In this document: one piece after another, positions 10,501-25,500 of the stretch
How the letters are laid out: each line of letters starts with the position of its first letter
How positions within the stretch are numbered: position 1 is the stretch's first letter
DNA from: Eledone cirrhosa
Lineage: Eukaryota
Direction of reading: 5' to 3'
DNA length: 64,000 bases
NCBI GenBank assembly: GCA_964016885.1
Contig: OZ024740.1
Location: forward strand, 421,104,001-421,168,000
Made by a program: the position numbers and the translations under genes
Notes under the pieces: model-generated
Told to the model about the DNA's origin: nothing
Database searches by the model: none
What the model saw: the letters and a program-made list of their open reading frames with translations, nothing else

Positions 10501-12027
10501 TGAGAAAGCCTTTGACAGAGTTCCACGTGCAGTAATCTGGTGGGCTCTTAGAAAACTAGGAGTAGATGAATGGCTTGTGAAAGCGGTACAATCCATGTAT
10601 AGGGGAGCAGTCAGCAAAGTTAGGATTGGCAATGAGTATAGCGAGGAATTTAGCGTACAGGTTGGGGTCCACCAGGGCTCTGTTCTTAGCCCTCTCCTGT
10701 TCATCATAGTCCTGCAGGCAATAACGGATGAGTTTAAGACCGGATGCCCATGGGAACTCCTGTATGCTGATGACCTCGCACTTATAGCTGAATCTATGGT
10801 AGAACTAGAGAATAAATTCCAAACCTGGAAGCAGGGACTAGAGAGAAAGGGCCTCAAAGTCAACATGACAAAGACTAAGGTCCTTGTAAGTAGACGAGAA
10901 AACAGAACCCAGATCCCCTCAGGGAAATGGCCTTGCTCAGTATGTAGGAAAGGTGTAGGTAGGAACTCCATTCTCTGCCCCAAATGCAAACAATGGGTAC
11001 ACAAGAGATGTAGCGGGATCTCAGGAAGCTTAATTAAGAATGTAGGATTCACATGCAGCAGCTGTGCTGAAACAGCAAGCAAACAGCCACAGGAAACAAG
11101 TACCACCAATCTCTGGGAGGGCCCTGTAGAAACAGTAGACAGCTTCTGCTACCTAGGTGACCGAATTAGCAACGGAGGTGGGTGCTCAGAAAGTACAATA
11201 ACTAGGGTAAGAACGGGATGGAAGAAGTTTAGGGAACTACTACCACTGCTAGCTGCAAAAGGCTTCTCCCTCAGAATGAAAGGCAGACTGTATGATGCGT
11301 GTATCCGAACAGCGATGTTGCATGGTAGTGAGACCTGGGCGCTGAAGGGGGAAGACTTACGTAGATTAGAGAGAAACGAAGCCTGCATGCTCCGATGGAT
11401 GTGTAACAGTAATATACGTGAACGACAAAGCATAAAGGAATTGAGAGAGAGACTGAGCATAAGAGGAATCAAATGCTGCGTGCAGGAGAGGCGGTTACGC
11501 TGGTATGGACATGTGATGCGTATGAAGGATGACAGCTGCATAAAAAGGTGCAGAGCACTAGAAGTTGATGGAAACCGCGGAGTGGGGAGACCCAAGATGA
11601 CTTGGGATGAGGTGATAAAAGCCGACCTTACCCAACTACACCTCTCAAAGTCAATGACACACGACCGTGACTTCTGGCGTCACGCAGTAATACAGGGTAC
11701 CCGACCTCCCATGGGTACATGCTGAAGCATATAAACAATATGCTCCCCCCCCCCCCCACCGCAAGGTGGCCGTGGAGGTGCCACGGCAAAAAAGCACCCA
11801 GCCCACACTGTAAAGTGGACGTGTAGGCGCCACGAAAAAGCACCCAGCACTCACTGTAAATGAGGTTGGTGTTAGGAAGGGCATCCAGCTGTAGAAATCA
11901 AGCCAGATCAGTTCCTGTATGAGCAAGGCATGGTCAGCCGACCAGACACTGCCCACAACAGGACAACCCGTCTAACCCATGCTAGCGTGGAAGAACGGAC
12001 GTAAAACGGTGATGATGATGATGATGA
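7582..12027 (+). mobile_element. RTE-like family A, copy 2
   Basis: Nearly identical to copy 1 including the 5' start point and flanks (offset 6842 bp). Confidence 0.93.
8606..11725 (+). CDS. APE + RT with internal PHD finger
   Basis: 1039 aa; differs from copy 1 at VQEI/VQET and LLNA/LLNV. Confidence 0.95.
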   Translation: MNLRATKHPREAPTQRPSPTSVDKCPKLRVGTINVGSMKGRAGEIVEMLERKEVDVCCVQETRWRGGSARVLVGKSQCYKFFWVGNDDGMGGVGILLADKWVDKVISVYRVNARIIKLRLVLNKTITTIISAYAPQSGLPDELKDRFYESLIHTTALTDDKDFLIIAGDFNGHVGKHCDGFNRVHGGHGVGTRNEEGFRLLEFCDANDMSICNTNFKKPDNHLITYRSGEHSSQLDFILIRGRDRWTVVNTKAFPSEECTSQHSLVVSDLTVRTRRALKQRPTWRRKIWKLKVPSTSNRFKDILLNVYDSKEEQIETFNVEENWEFLKNNLLEATDEVCGWSKTSSRRRVTWWWNNKVDEAVKAKRQAWKEWKNGGSRVHYIETKREARRQVYLARREAEDRKFKHVLQREDQKQEVFKIARQCVRDSCDVIGEKCIRNDKGELALTSAEKKDAWKSHYDRLLNEENAWEEETLPHVDPIEGPAVQVSGSVVSKAIRDMKIGKATGPSGIAAEMLKASGSVGHTITTRIVNQVILEGAIPKDWCSSIIVNCYKGKGDALDRGNYRGIKLMDQVMKVTERVIAQLIRDRVNIDEMQFGFVPGKGTTDALFLVRQLQEKYLAKSKPLYLAFVDLEKAFDRVPRAVIWWALRKLGVDEWLVKAVQSMYRGAVSKVRIGNEYSEEFSVQVGVHQGSVLSPLLFIIVLQAITDEFKTGCPWELLYADDLALIAESMVELENKFQTWKQGLERKGLKVNMTKTKVLVSRRENRTQIPSGKWPCSVCRKGVGRNSILCPKCKQWVHKRCSGISGSLIKNVGFTCSSCAETASKQPQETSTTNLWEGPVETVDSFCYLGDRISNGGGCSESTITRVRTGWKKFRELLPLLAAKGFSLRMKGRLYDACIRTAMLHGSETWALKGEDLRRLERNEACMLRWMCNSNIRERQSIKELRERLSIRGIKCCVQERRLRWYGHVMRMKDDSCIKRCRALEVDGNRGVGRPKMTWDEVIKADLTQLHLSKSMTHDRDFWRHAVIQGTRPPMGTC

Positions 12028-12063
12028 CATATATATTATATATATATTTTATTATTATATATA

Positions 12064-12105
<42 letters not shown>

Positions 12106-12121
12106 TATATATATATTTTAT

Positions 12122-12225
<104 letters not shown>

Positions 12226-12384
12226 TATAATATATATATATTATATATATATATATATTATATATAATATATATATATATATATATAATATATATATATT
12301 ATATATATATATATATATAATATATATATATTATATATATATATATATATTATATATATATATTATATATATATATATTATATA

Positions 12385-12441
<57 letters not shown>

Positions 12442-12446
<5 letters not shown>

Positions 12447-12588
12447 TTATTAAAATAACAGATTTAAGTTTAAGCAAAGAATCGCTGCTTTCACCCTTAA
12501 CGGGATCTTCTTTGCTCTACGGTTGTTAAATATTTGATATATATTTTCCTTATCGAGCCCTCTTTGGATTTTAGTCTTCAATTTTATT
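12442..12588. mobile_element. Miniature 5'-inverted PLE F2 end (duplicate of 5647-5793)
   Basis: Same sequence and same inversion junction TCTTC/TTTGCTCTACG. Confidence 0.85.
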
Positions 12589-12606
12589 ATATATATATTT
12601 TATTAT

Positions 12607-12646
<40 letters not shown>

Positions 12647-12834
12647 TATTATTATATATATATATATATTATATATATATTTTATTATTATATATATATA
12701 TATATATATTTTATTATTATATATATATATATATATTATATATATATATATATATGTATATATTATATATATATATGTATATATTATATATATATATGTA
12801 TATATTATATATATATATATTATATATATATATA

Positions 12835-12882
<48 letters not shown>

Positions 12883-12883
<1 letters not shown>

Positions 12884-12937
12884 GCAAAAGTTCTATTTAA
12901 AGTTGTTGGGATACAACAAGTAAACATTTTATAACTG
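12883..12937 (-). mobile_element. Diverged extreme 3' tip of family F1
   Basis: Similar to 36869-36921 (AAAGTT.TATTTAAA.TTGTTG...TTATAACTGA). Confidence 0.5.
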
Positions 12938-14249
12938 AAAAGACAACCACACCCAATATGAGTTACACTGGGAGATCCTAGCTAGGGCTAGATCGTATAA
13001 CAGAAATAAAAGACCATGTGACCTCTGCGCCGCTGAGGCCCTGGAAATACTCTACGCTACAGACCACATCTTAAACAAAAAATCTGAGGCAATTTCGGCT
13101 TGTAAACATAAATTGCACAAAACTTTCCAGTATTAGAGCCCCACGTTATACCCTAACGGATAGCACGATCTATACGTGGATATTTTACGTCTTGATGTGG
13201 GAGCTAAGTATATGTTTTGTTTATTCCTTTACTTATTTGCTTAGGTAAGTATATATTACCCGTATGTTTTGTGAAGGTATGTATACCTTCTCGTACGTAT
13301 ATTTGACTGTTATAGCGTATAATTTTTACATATTTTGGTATTTAGGGTTTGGATATGTGTATACGGGAGTTTTCTGTCCGCGTGAGTGTGCAGGTTTGTA
13401 CGTATGGTGGGTGTGTGTATATGTGTACTTCTTGTTTTAGTTGACTTACGTCTCCGAACATTCGTGTATTTATATGTAGGTATGCGTGTGCGCTTGTTAT
13501 ATACGTATTTATTTACTTATATACGTTTATATAATTATTTATTTATTTGTACACAAGCATACACACACACACATATTTATATGTGCGTGGTTTTGTATAC
13601 CCATGGTAAGGTTTTGTGTATGCTTGTGTATGTACGTATCTGTTCGCGTGTATGTATTTATTTGTTTCTATTTCTTCTGTATTGTATTTATTTACTTTGT
13701 TCTTAACTCTGTAGCGGAGATTCATTTGGTCTCCTAGTTAGAATTTTAGTCTACGATTTCTGCTATACCATTTACGTGGTTTTGTCTTTGCGTGCTATTG
13801 TTCTCCACGCTCCACATATGACTTATTATCTTCGTTTTTTCGTTCATTGCCAGAGAACGTCTCTATGCACCACCTAAGAGAACATTAGTCTACGACCTCT
13901 TTTATACCATAAACGTGGTTTTGTCTTTGCGCGTAATTGTTTTTCACCGCTCCTATTAATGACGTATTATTCGTTTTTTCCCGTTCTTTGCCAGCGAACG
14001 TTACCACGAACCAAAGTATCGTCTTCCTGTCTTCCTCCGGTTGCAACGTTTTTTGAAATATCCAGTTCTGCGTTTACAGATTGACTTTGTTAGTTTCAGA
14101 AGATCCCGTTAAGGGTGAAAGCAGCGATTCTTTGCTTAAACTTTAATCTGTTATTTTAATAAATATTTGCTCTACGGTTCTTATATATTTGATATATATT
14201 TTCCTTATCGAGCCCTCTTTGGATTTTAGTCTTCAATTTTATTATTATT

Positions 14250-14250
<1 letters not shown>
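12938..14250 (+). mobile_element. PLE family F2, 5'-truncated (GIY-YIG C-terminus + 3' UTR + hammerhead)
   Basis: 12938-13163 matches 58303-58528 (...LHWEILARARSY..PCDLCAAEALEIL..NKKSE..CKH), with a small deletion; UTR matches 58529-59144. Confidence 0.85.
14076..14151 (+). ncRNA. Type I hammerhead ribozyme, U4A core variant (F2)
   Basis: ACAGATTGA-bulge-AGTTT-CAGAAGA-TCCC GTTAA GGGT-GAAA-GCA..TGC-TT-AAACT-TTAATCTGT. Confidence 0.7.
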
Positions 14251-14296
<46 letters not shown>

Positions 14297-14315
14297 ATTT
14301 TATATATATATATAA

Positions 14316-14368
<53 letters not shown>

Positions 14369-14621
14369 ATATATTATATATAATATATCATATATATATA
14401 TATAATATATTATATATAATATATCATATATATATATATAATATATTATATATATATATATATATATAATATATTATATATATATATATATATAATATAT
14501 TATATATATATATATATATATATAATATATTATATATATATATATGATATATTATATATAATATATTATATATATATATATGATATATTATATATAATAT
14601 ATATATATATATATATATTTT

Positions 14622-14652
<31 letters not shown>

Positions 14653-14804
14653 TTTATATATTTATATATATATATATATATATAATATATATATATATAT
14701 ATTTTATATATTTATATATATATATATATATATATATTTTATATATATATTATATATATATATATAATATATTATATATATAATATATTATATATATATA
14801 TATA

Positions 14805-16449
14805 TCATCATCATCATCATCATCAGCGTTTAACGTCCGTGTTCCACGCTTGCATGGGTTTGGACGGGGGTAGTCCCACTTGAGGCAAGAGTGATTGTCT
14901 TGCTCGCATAGGACTGTCTGGCAGGTTTTCTACAGTTGGATGCCCTTCCTAACACCAACCACATTTACAGTGTGGGTCTGGGAGGTTTTTACCGTGTTGC
15001 CTACACGGCCACATTACAGCGTGGACTGTGTGTTTTTTTGTCGTGACACCTACACGATCTCATTTGTTTCGGCCTCGATGGCGCGGCACCAACATAACTT
15101 TACATAGAACGGGGTGGTGTGGATCGGGTGGGGGTGGTGGGACGGGGTGTATTTGTTAGAGATGCCTACTGGCTGGAGTAGGTTTTACTATATATTTAGG
15201 TAAGGCGGGTCTTCTCTGTTACTGAGTACCGCCAAAGGTCTCGGTCCAGTGACATTGTCTTGGAGAGGTGTAAGTGTGTGATGTCGGAGTTTATCAGCTC
15301 GTCCCAGGTTTTTCTAGGTCTGCCTATTCCGTGACTACCGTCTATCTTTATTGCCCTGCACTTTGTTATACAGCTATCGACTTTCATGCGCATCACGTGT
15401 CCATACCAACGTAGCCTTCTCTCGAGTAAACAACATCTGATCCCTCTTATCTCTAATTTATTCCTTAGTTCGTTTATGCTTTGCCGTTCACGTATATTAC
15501 TGTTACACATCCAGCGGAGCATGCAAGCTTCGTTCCTCTCTAGTCTGCGTATATCCTCTGCACACAATGCCCAGGTCTCACTGCCATGCAGCATTGCTGT
15601 TCGTATGCAGGCATCGTACAACCTGCCTTTCATTTTTAGTGAGAACCCTTTAGCAGCTAATAGTGGTATAAGCTCTCTGAACTTTTTCCAACCAGTTCTG
15701 ACTCTAGCTACAGTACTTTCAGAGCACCCTCCCCCACTGCTGATTTTATCGCCCAGGTAACGGAAGCTGTCCACTATTTCTATAGAACCCTCTGCGCAAT
15801 TGAAAGAGCTAGTAGTTTGTGGGCACTTGCTGCTACTTATTGCACCAGAGCACCGGCCACATGTAAAATCTATGTTCTTAGTTAGCCTACCTGTGATCCC
15901 ACTACATCTTTTATGCACCCATACTTTGCATTTAGGACATAAAATGGAGTTTCTACCTACGCCTTTCCTACACACCGAGCACGACCATTTCCCAGAAGGG
16001 ACCGCCGCCTTGTTTTCTTTCCTACAAACTAGTACTTTGGTCTTAGCCAGGTTAATTTTAAGTCCTTTTGACTCTAGGCCGTGCTTCCATGTTTGGAATT
16101 TCTTCTCTAGCTCGGCCATTGATTCCGCTATGAGTGTCAGGTCGTCTGCGTATAGGAGTTCCCATGGGCAGCCTGTCTTGAACTCCTCTGTTATGGCCTG
16201 AAGGGCAATAATAAATAGTAGTGGACTGAGAACAGAGCCCTGATGGACGCCGACTTTTACGCTAAACTCTTCACTATATTCGTTGTTAATTCTAACCTTG
16301 CTGACTGTTTCTTTATACATGGCTTGTATAGCCCTCACAAGCCATTCGTCAACGCCTAGTTTTCTAAGAGCCCACCAGATAATGGAGCGGGGGACTCTGT
16401 CGAAGGCTTTCTCCAAGTCGACAAAAGCTAAGTAGAGGGGTTTACCTTT
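14805..16449 (-). mobile_element. RTE-like family B, 5'-truncated
   Basis: Open frame to stop at 15196 with RT motifs, PHD and RRLRWYGH; 3' UTR and (GAT)n tail; TA flanks. Confidence 0.92.
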
Positions 16450-18100
<1,651 letters not shown>

Positions 18101-18103
<3 letters not shown>

Positions 18104-18446
18104 TCATTCATCATCATTTCATTTTTACGTCCACTTTTCCCTGCTTGCAAGGGTGGGACGGGAACTGATTCTGGCTTGATTTCTACAGCTGGATGCCCTT
18201 CCTAACACCAACCTCATTTACAGTGAGTGCTGGGTGCTTTTTTTGCCGTGGCACCTCCACGACCACTTTGCAGTGGAATGATATGGACTCCAGTCCCTAT
18301 CATCTCATTTCTACAGCTGAGTAAACTGGAGCAATGTGAAATAAAGTGTCTTGCTCAAGGAAACAACACATCACCCGGTCTGAGAATTGAACTCACAACC
18401 TTTCGATTGCAAACCCAATGCTCTAACCACTAAGCCATGTGCCTCC
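18101..18446 (-). mobile_element. tRNA-derived CORE-like SINE with RTE-type 3' tail
   Basis: Minus strand: A box TGGCTTAGTGG, B box GAGTTCAATTC, CORE-like CCTTGAGCAAGACACTT...CAGTTTACTCAGCTGTAGAAATG, segment shared with the family A 3' UTR, terminus matching family C, GAT-like tail. Confidence 0.85.
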
Positions 18447-18738
18447 ATATATTATATATATATATATATGTATTATATATATATATATATGTATTATATA
18501 TATATATATATAATATATTATATATATATATATGTATTATATATATATATATATAATATATTATATATATATATATGTATTATATATATATATATATATA
18601 ATATATTATATATATATATATGTATTATATATATATATATAATATATTATATATATATATATGTATTATATATATATATATATATAATATATTATATATA
18701 TATATATGTATTATATATATATATATATATAATACATA

Positions 18739-18785
<47 letters not shown>

Positions 18786-18788
<3 letters not shown>

Positions 18789-19685
18789 ACAGCTTCTGCT
18801 ACCTAGGTGACCGAATTAGCAACGGAGGTGGGTGCTCAGAAAGTACAATAACTAGGGTAAGAACGGGATGGAAGAAGTTTAGGGAACTACTACCACTGCT
18901 AGCTGCAAAAGGCTTCTCCCTCAGAATGAAAGGCAGACTGTATGATGCGTGTATCCGAACAGCGATGTTGCATGGTAGTGAGACCTGGGCGCTGAAGGTG
19001 GAAGACTTACGTAGATTAGAGAGAAACGAAGCCTGCATGCTCCGATGGATGTGTAACAGTAATATACGTGAACGACAAAGCATAAATGAATTGAGAGAGA
19101 GACTGAGCATAAGAGGAATCAAATGCTGCGTGCAGGAGAGGCGGTTACGCTGGTATGGACATGTGATGCGTATGAAGGATGACAGCTGCATAAAAAGGTG
19201 CAGAGCACTAGAAGTTGATGGAGACCGCGGAGTGGGGAGACCCAAGATGACTTGGGATGAGGTGATAAAAGCCGACCTTACCCAACTACATCTCTCAAAG
19301 TCAATGACACACGACCGTGACTTCTGGCGTCACGCAGTAATACAGGGTACCCGACCTCCCATGGGTACATGCTGAAGCATATAAACAATATGCCCCCCCC
19401 CCCCCCCCCACCGCAAGGTGGTCGTGGAGGTGCCACGGCAAAAAAGCACCCAGCCCACACTGTAAAGTGGACGTGTAGGCGCCACGAAAAAGCACCCAGC
19501 ACTCACTGTAAATGAGGTTGGTGTTAGGAAGGGCATCCAGCTGTAGAAATCAAGCCAGATCAGTTCCTGTATGAGCAAGGCATGGTCAGCCGACCAGACA
19601 CTGCTCACAACAGGACAACCCGTCTAACCCATGCTAGCGTGGAAGAACGGACGTAAAACGGTGATGATGATGATGATGATGATGA
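18786..19685 (+). mobile_element. RTE-like family A, 5'-truncated
   Basis: Matches 4295-5184; begins directly after (TA)n; (GAT)n tail. Confidence 0.92.
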
Positions 19686-19819
19686 ATACATATATATATA
19701 TATATATATATATAATACATATATATATATATATACATATATATATAATACATATATATATATATAATATATTATATATATATATATATATATAATACAT
19801 ATATATATATATATATATA

Positions 19820-19886
<67 letters not shown>

Positions 19887-19900
19887 CATATATATAATAC

Positions 19901-19975
<75 letters not shown>

Positions 19976-20000
19976 TATATATATATATATATATATGTAT

Positions 20001-20058
<58 letters not shown>

Positions 20059-20136
20059 TATATATATATATATATATATGTATTATATATATATATATAT
20101 ATATATGTATTATATATATATATATATATATATATG

Positions 20137-20174
<38 letters not shown>

Positions 20175-20198
20175 TATATATATATATATATATATATG

Positions 20199-20252
<54 letters not shown>

Positions 20253-20342
20253 TATATATATGTATATATATATATATATGTATTATATATATGTATATAT
20301 ATATATATATGTATTATATATATGTATATATATATATATATG

Positions 20343-20378
<36 letters not shown>

Positions 20379-20414
20379 TATATATATATATGTATTATAT
20401 ATATATATATGTAT

Positions 20415-20495
<81 letters not shown>

Positions 20496-20701
20496 GTATA
20501 TATATATATATATGTAGATAAATCTACCAAGAGTTTACGGTAGTGTCCAATCCGTATGAAGAACTCAATGTATTCCGGATATCATGGAAAGAAGAGATGT
20601 AATGAAAAATCACTTTCGGTGAAAGATAAACGGTATACAGAGTCAAGATAAAATATTAAACAAATAATGAATAAACAATTCCTTATATTAAACAAAAAAA
20701 G

Positions 20702-20855
20702 TTCATTATTTAACGATCGTTTCTAGGATATATATGTGTTAGAATTGGCATGCATATTCAACAGATCTATGTACAAAATTATACAAAATTATACAAACTA
20801 TCAAGATTAAATATACATACCAACACATATATACGCCGTCTTCAGAAATAATGAA
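20702..20855 (-). ncRNA. Type I hammerhead ribozyme with long stem II (F3)
   Basis: Reverse complement of 33594-33747. Confidence 0.75.
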
Positions 20856-21491
20856 GTATATTTATTGATAATAACAACAATTCAAAAATTCAGGTCCGTT
20901 TGGGAACAAAATTGACCAATGAAAACACAAAGGGTTAAATGCAGTTCGGTGTGTGTATATACATGTAAAACCCTTACACATATTTTACAAAAATGTATGT
21001 ATAATTTGTATACGCATACTAAAAGGATGGATGCAAATACAAAATTTCAAGGTTAATGTCTCTGTAAGTTTATAATGTACAGATAAGATGCGTATTGACA
21101 CACAAATATGAAATTAAGTATATAAATATATTTTTTCATACTCACACATATCCGTACAATCACACATACACGCGCGTATATGCATAAATATACACATAAC
21201 CACGAACATACAAACACACACACACCCCCACTCACATTTATATATGTGGATATAAAATCATAAGCACATGGATATTAATTCACTCACATAAACACTGGCA
21301 CACACATTTTTAGATCAAGATACAGAAATTAGGTGGGAGGGGGGGGGGAGAGGTCAGTATTCAACGGTCTGAGCAGACTGCCTAATATAGATGTATCTAT
21401 AAACTAAGAAAATAAAAAATAAAAAATAAATAATAAATAAACATTAAAGAGGAAAGAATAGAAAGAAAAAAGAAAAAAGAAATATATCAAG

Positions 21492-21533
<42 letters not shown>

Positions 21534-21743
21534 CATATATATATATATATATACACACACATATATATATAATAATATACATATATATACACATAGACAC
21601 ACACACACACATACATATATATACACACATATACAAACACATATATACATATACACACATCCACACTAAGAACATACATACACACACATATATAAACATA
21701 TACATATACACACATACATACATATACACATATACATACAAAT

Positions 21744-21794
<51 letters not shown>

Positions 21795-22112
21795 TATATG
21801 TATATACACGTACATATACACACACATATACATATAATCACACATACTATATAGACACACATATATATAACCACACACATACATGCACATATACAACACT
21901 TACATACTAATATACATACAGATATACACATACATAGCTATATATACACACAAATATATACAGACTTACATATATACATACAGACAAATACTTACGCATC
22001 TATATATCGGTATATACATACAAACACCACTACACTATCACACAACTTAGACATACAAAGAGAAAGGTATATACCTATACACACATAGATATACAAATAG
22101 AAAAACATATAG

Positions 22113-22191
<79 letters not shown>

Positions 22192-22427
22192 CACATACAT
22201 ATACACATACACACACATACACATACACACACATACATACATGTACACACACATAGAAATATATACGCATACACACATACACACATACATATAAAGTCAT
22301 ACACACACATACACCTACACGAACATACACATACACATATATAAAGATATATATACACACACACACACACACAACACATACACACACACACATATATATA
22401 AAAAAAATAAATAATAAAGATATATAC

Positions 22428-22482
<55 letters not shown>

Positions 22483-22579
22483 CATATATATATACACACA
22501 CATACATACACACATACATAGACATACATGTACATACATACACGTACATCGATATACATACATATATATATACACACAT

Positions 22580-25500
22580 TTACTGATGTAGTATTAACTT
22601 ATTAACTTGGATATTTACCATGCGGTATTCTAATCCTATTGTATCTCTCTCAGTTATTTACCATGCGACCCTCAGTTCCTACCCCCCCCCCCCTCTATGC
22701 ACTTCTTTAAGGCTTACTACCCTGTCTTTAACCTAATTCATTCAATCTGAAAATATTGAAGAGATAAGACACTTTGCCATTCTTCTCTGCTAAAATGTAC
22801 CAGTAGAGCTGTTTCAAATTTTCCCAGCCAGCCATCCACCTAATCTACGAAGGTATTTTAGCCTACATATTGTCGTTAATATTATGATGTTCCCTGCTGT
22901 ATTAGCGTTAAATTTTCCCTGCTGTATTAGCGATAAATTTTCGAGGGTTTCTCTTAGTAGCTTTTTCATGTCGTTAATATTATGATGTTCCCTGCTGTAT
23001 TAGCGTTAAATTTTCCCTGCTGTATTAGCGATAAATTTTCGAGGGTTTCTCTTAGTAGCTTTTTCATGTCGTTAATATTATGATGTTCCCTGCTGTATTA
23101 GCGTTAAATTTTCCCTGCTGTATTAGCGATAAATTTTCGAGGGTTTCTCTTAGTAGCTTTTTTCATGACGTTATTATTGTTAATTTTACTGATGTAGTAT
23201 TAACTTGGATATTTACCATGCGACCCTCAGTTCCTACCTCACAATTTCCCTCCCCCCCACCCCCACACACCACCATAGTCTATTCGACCAATCAAACCTA
23301 GCATGCCATTTCCACTGCTGCTGCTGCTACTACCTGCCTAACTAACTCTCTCCTCCTCTGGCGCATCCCAACACACCCTGCCATTACCCCACCACCACTG
23401 TCCTTCTAGCCCTCAATTTTCCCACCGTTATGGATGGATGAGCTGGGAATACACGAGCAACTCTGAATCAATAGATGAAATATGAATCTGCGAGCTACCA
23501 AGCACCCACGTGAAGCGCCAACCCAGAGACCCTCCCCTACGAGTGTCGACAAATGCCCAAAACTCCGAGTTGGTACCATCAATGTAGGCTCAATGAAAGG
23601 AAGAGCAGGAGAAATCGTAGAAATGCTAGAGCGAAAGGAAGTTGATGTATGCTGTGTGCAAGAGACTAGATGGAGAGGAGGGTCTGCTAGAGTCCTTGTA
23701 GGAAAAAGCCAGTGCTACAAATTTTTCTGGGTGGGAAATGACGATGGGATGGGTGGTGTAGGTATACTATTAGCTGACAAGTGGGTAGATAAAGTAATCT
23801 CAGTGTACAGGGTAAATGCAAGAATCATTAAACTCAGACTAGTCCTGAATAAGACAATTACCACAATAATATCAGCTTACGCACCCCAATCGGGGCTGCC
23901 AGACGAACTTAAGGATAGGTTTTACGAGTCCCTAATACACACTACTGCTCTAACAGACGACAAGGACTTCCTAATCATTGCAGGAGATTTTAACGGACAC
24001 GTAGGTAAACACTGCGACGGCTTCAATAGAGTACATGGAGGCCATGGAGTTGGCACAAGGAATGAGGAAGGATTCAGACTTCTAGAATTCTGCGACGCCA
24101 ATGACATGTCGATATGTAACACAAACTTTAAAAAACCCGACAACCACCTGATCACCTATAGATCAGGGGAGCACTCTAGTCAGTTAGATTTTATCCTCAT
24201 CAGAGGACGTGACAGATGGACGGTCGTAAACACAAAAGCCTTCCCTAGTGAGGAATGTACATCCCAACATAGCTTAGTTGTCAGCGACCTCACGGTCAGA
24301 ACTAGACGAGCCCTGAAACAGAGGCCAACCTGGAGAAGAAAGATCTGGAAGCTGAAAGTCCCCTCAACCAGTAACAGATTTAAAGATATTTTACTCAACG
24401 CCTACGACAGTAAAGAAGAACAGATAGAGACATTTAACGTAGAAGAGAACTGGGAGTTCCTAAAAAATAACTTACTAGAGGCGACGGATGAGGTTTGTGG
24501 CTGGAGTAAGACTTCAAGCAGGAGGAGAGTGACTTGGTGGTGGAACAATAAGGTAGATGAAGCAGTCAAGGCCAAGAGACAGGCATGGAAAGAATGGAAG
24601 AACGGGGGGAGCAGGGTACATTACATAGAGACCAAGAGGGAAGCTAGGCGACAAGTATACTTAGCTAGGAGGGAAGCAGAGGATAGAAAATTCAAGCATG
24701 TTTTACAACGTGAGGACCAGAAACAGGAGGTATTCAAGATTGCGAGGCAGTGTGTCAGAGATAGTTGTGATGTCATTGGAGAGAAGTGTATCCGGAATGA
24801 TAAAGGTGAGCTTGCCCTCACAAGTGCTGAGAAGAAAGATGCATGGAAGAGTCATTATGATAGATTACTAAATGAGGAGAATGCATGGGAAGAAGAGACC
24901 CTACCCCACGTAGACCCTATAGAGGGACCAGCAGTACAAGTCAGCGGCAGCGTAGTAAGTAAGGCAATCAGAGATATGAAGATAGGGAAGGCAACCGGTC
25001 CATCGGGTATAGCTGCCGAGATGCTGAAGGCATCTGGGTCTGTAGGTCACACTATAACCACACGTATCGTTAACCAGGTAATACTAGAGGGGGCCATACC
25101 AAAAGATTGGTGCAGTAGCATCATTGTCAACTGCTACAAAGGTAAAGGCGATGCACTAGATAGAGGAAACTATAGAGGTATAAAGTTGATGGACCAGGTC
25201 ATGAAAGTAACAGAAAGAGTTATAGCACAGCTGATTAGGGACCGGGTGAATATAGACGAGATGCAATTTGGGTTTGTTCCAGGGAAAGGCACCACTGATG
25301 CGCTCTTCCTTGTGAGGCAATTACAGGAAAAGTACCTAGCTAAAAGTAAGCCACTCTACTTGGCATTTGTCGACCTTGAGAAAGCCTTTGACAGAGTTCC
25401 ACGTGCAGTAATCTGGTGGGCTCTTAGAAAACTAGGAGTAGATGAATGGCTTGTGAAAGCGGTACAAGCCATGTATAGGGGAGCAGTCAGCAAAGTTAGG

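Noticed and set aside
18370-18446. tRNA gene
   Set aside because: A and B boxes are present but there is no convincing cloverleaf or terminator, and it continues into a SINE body
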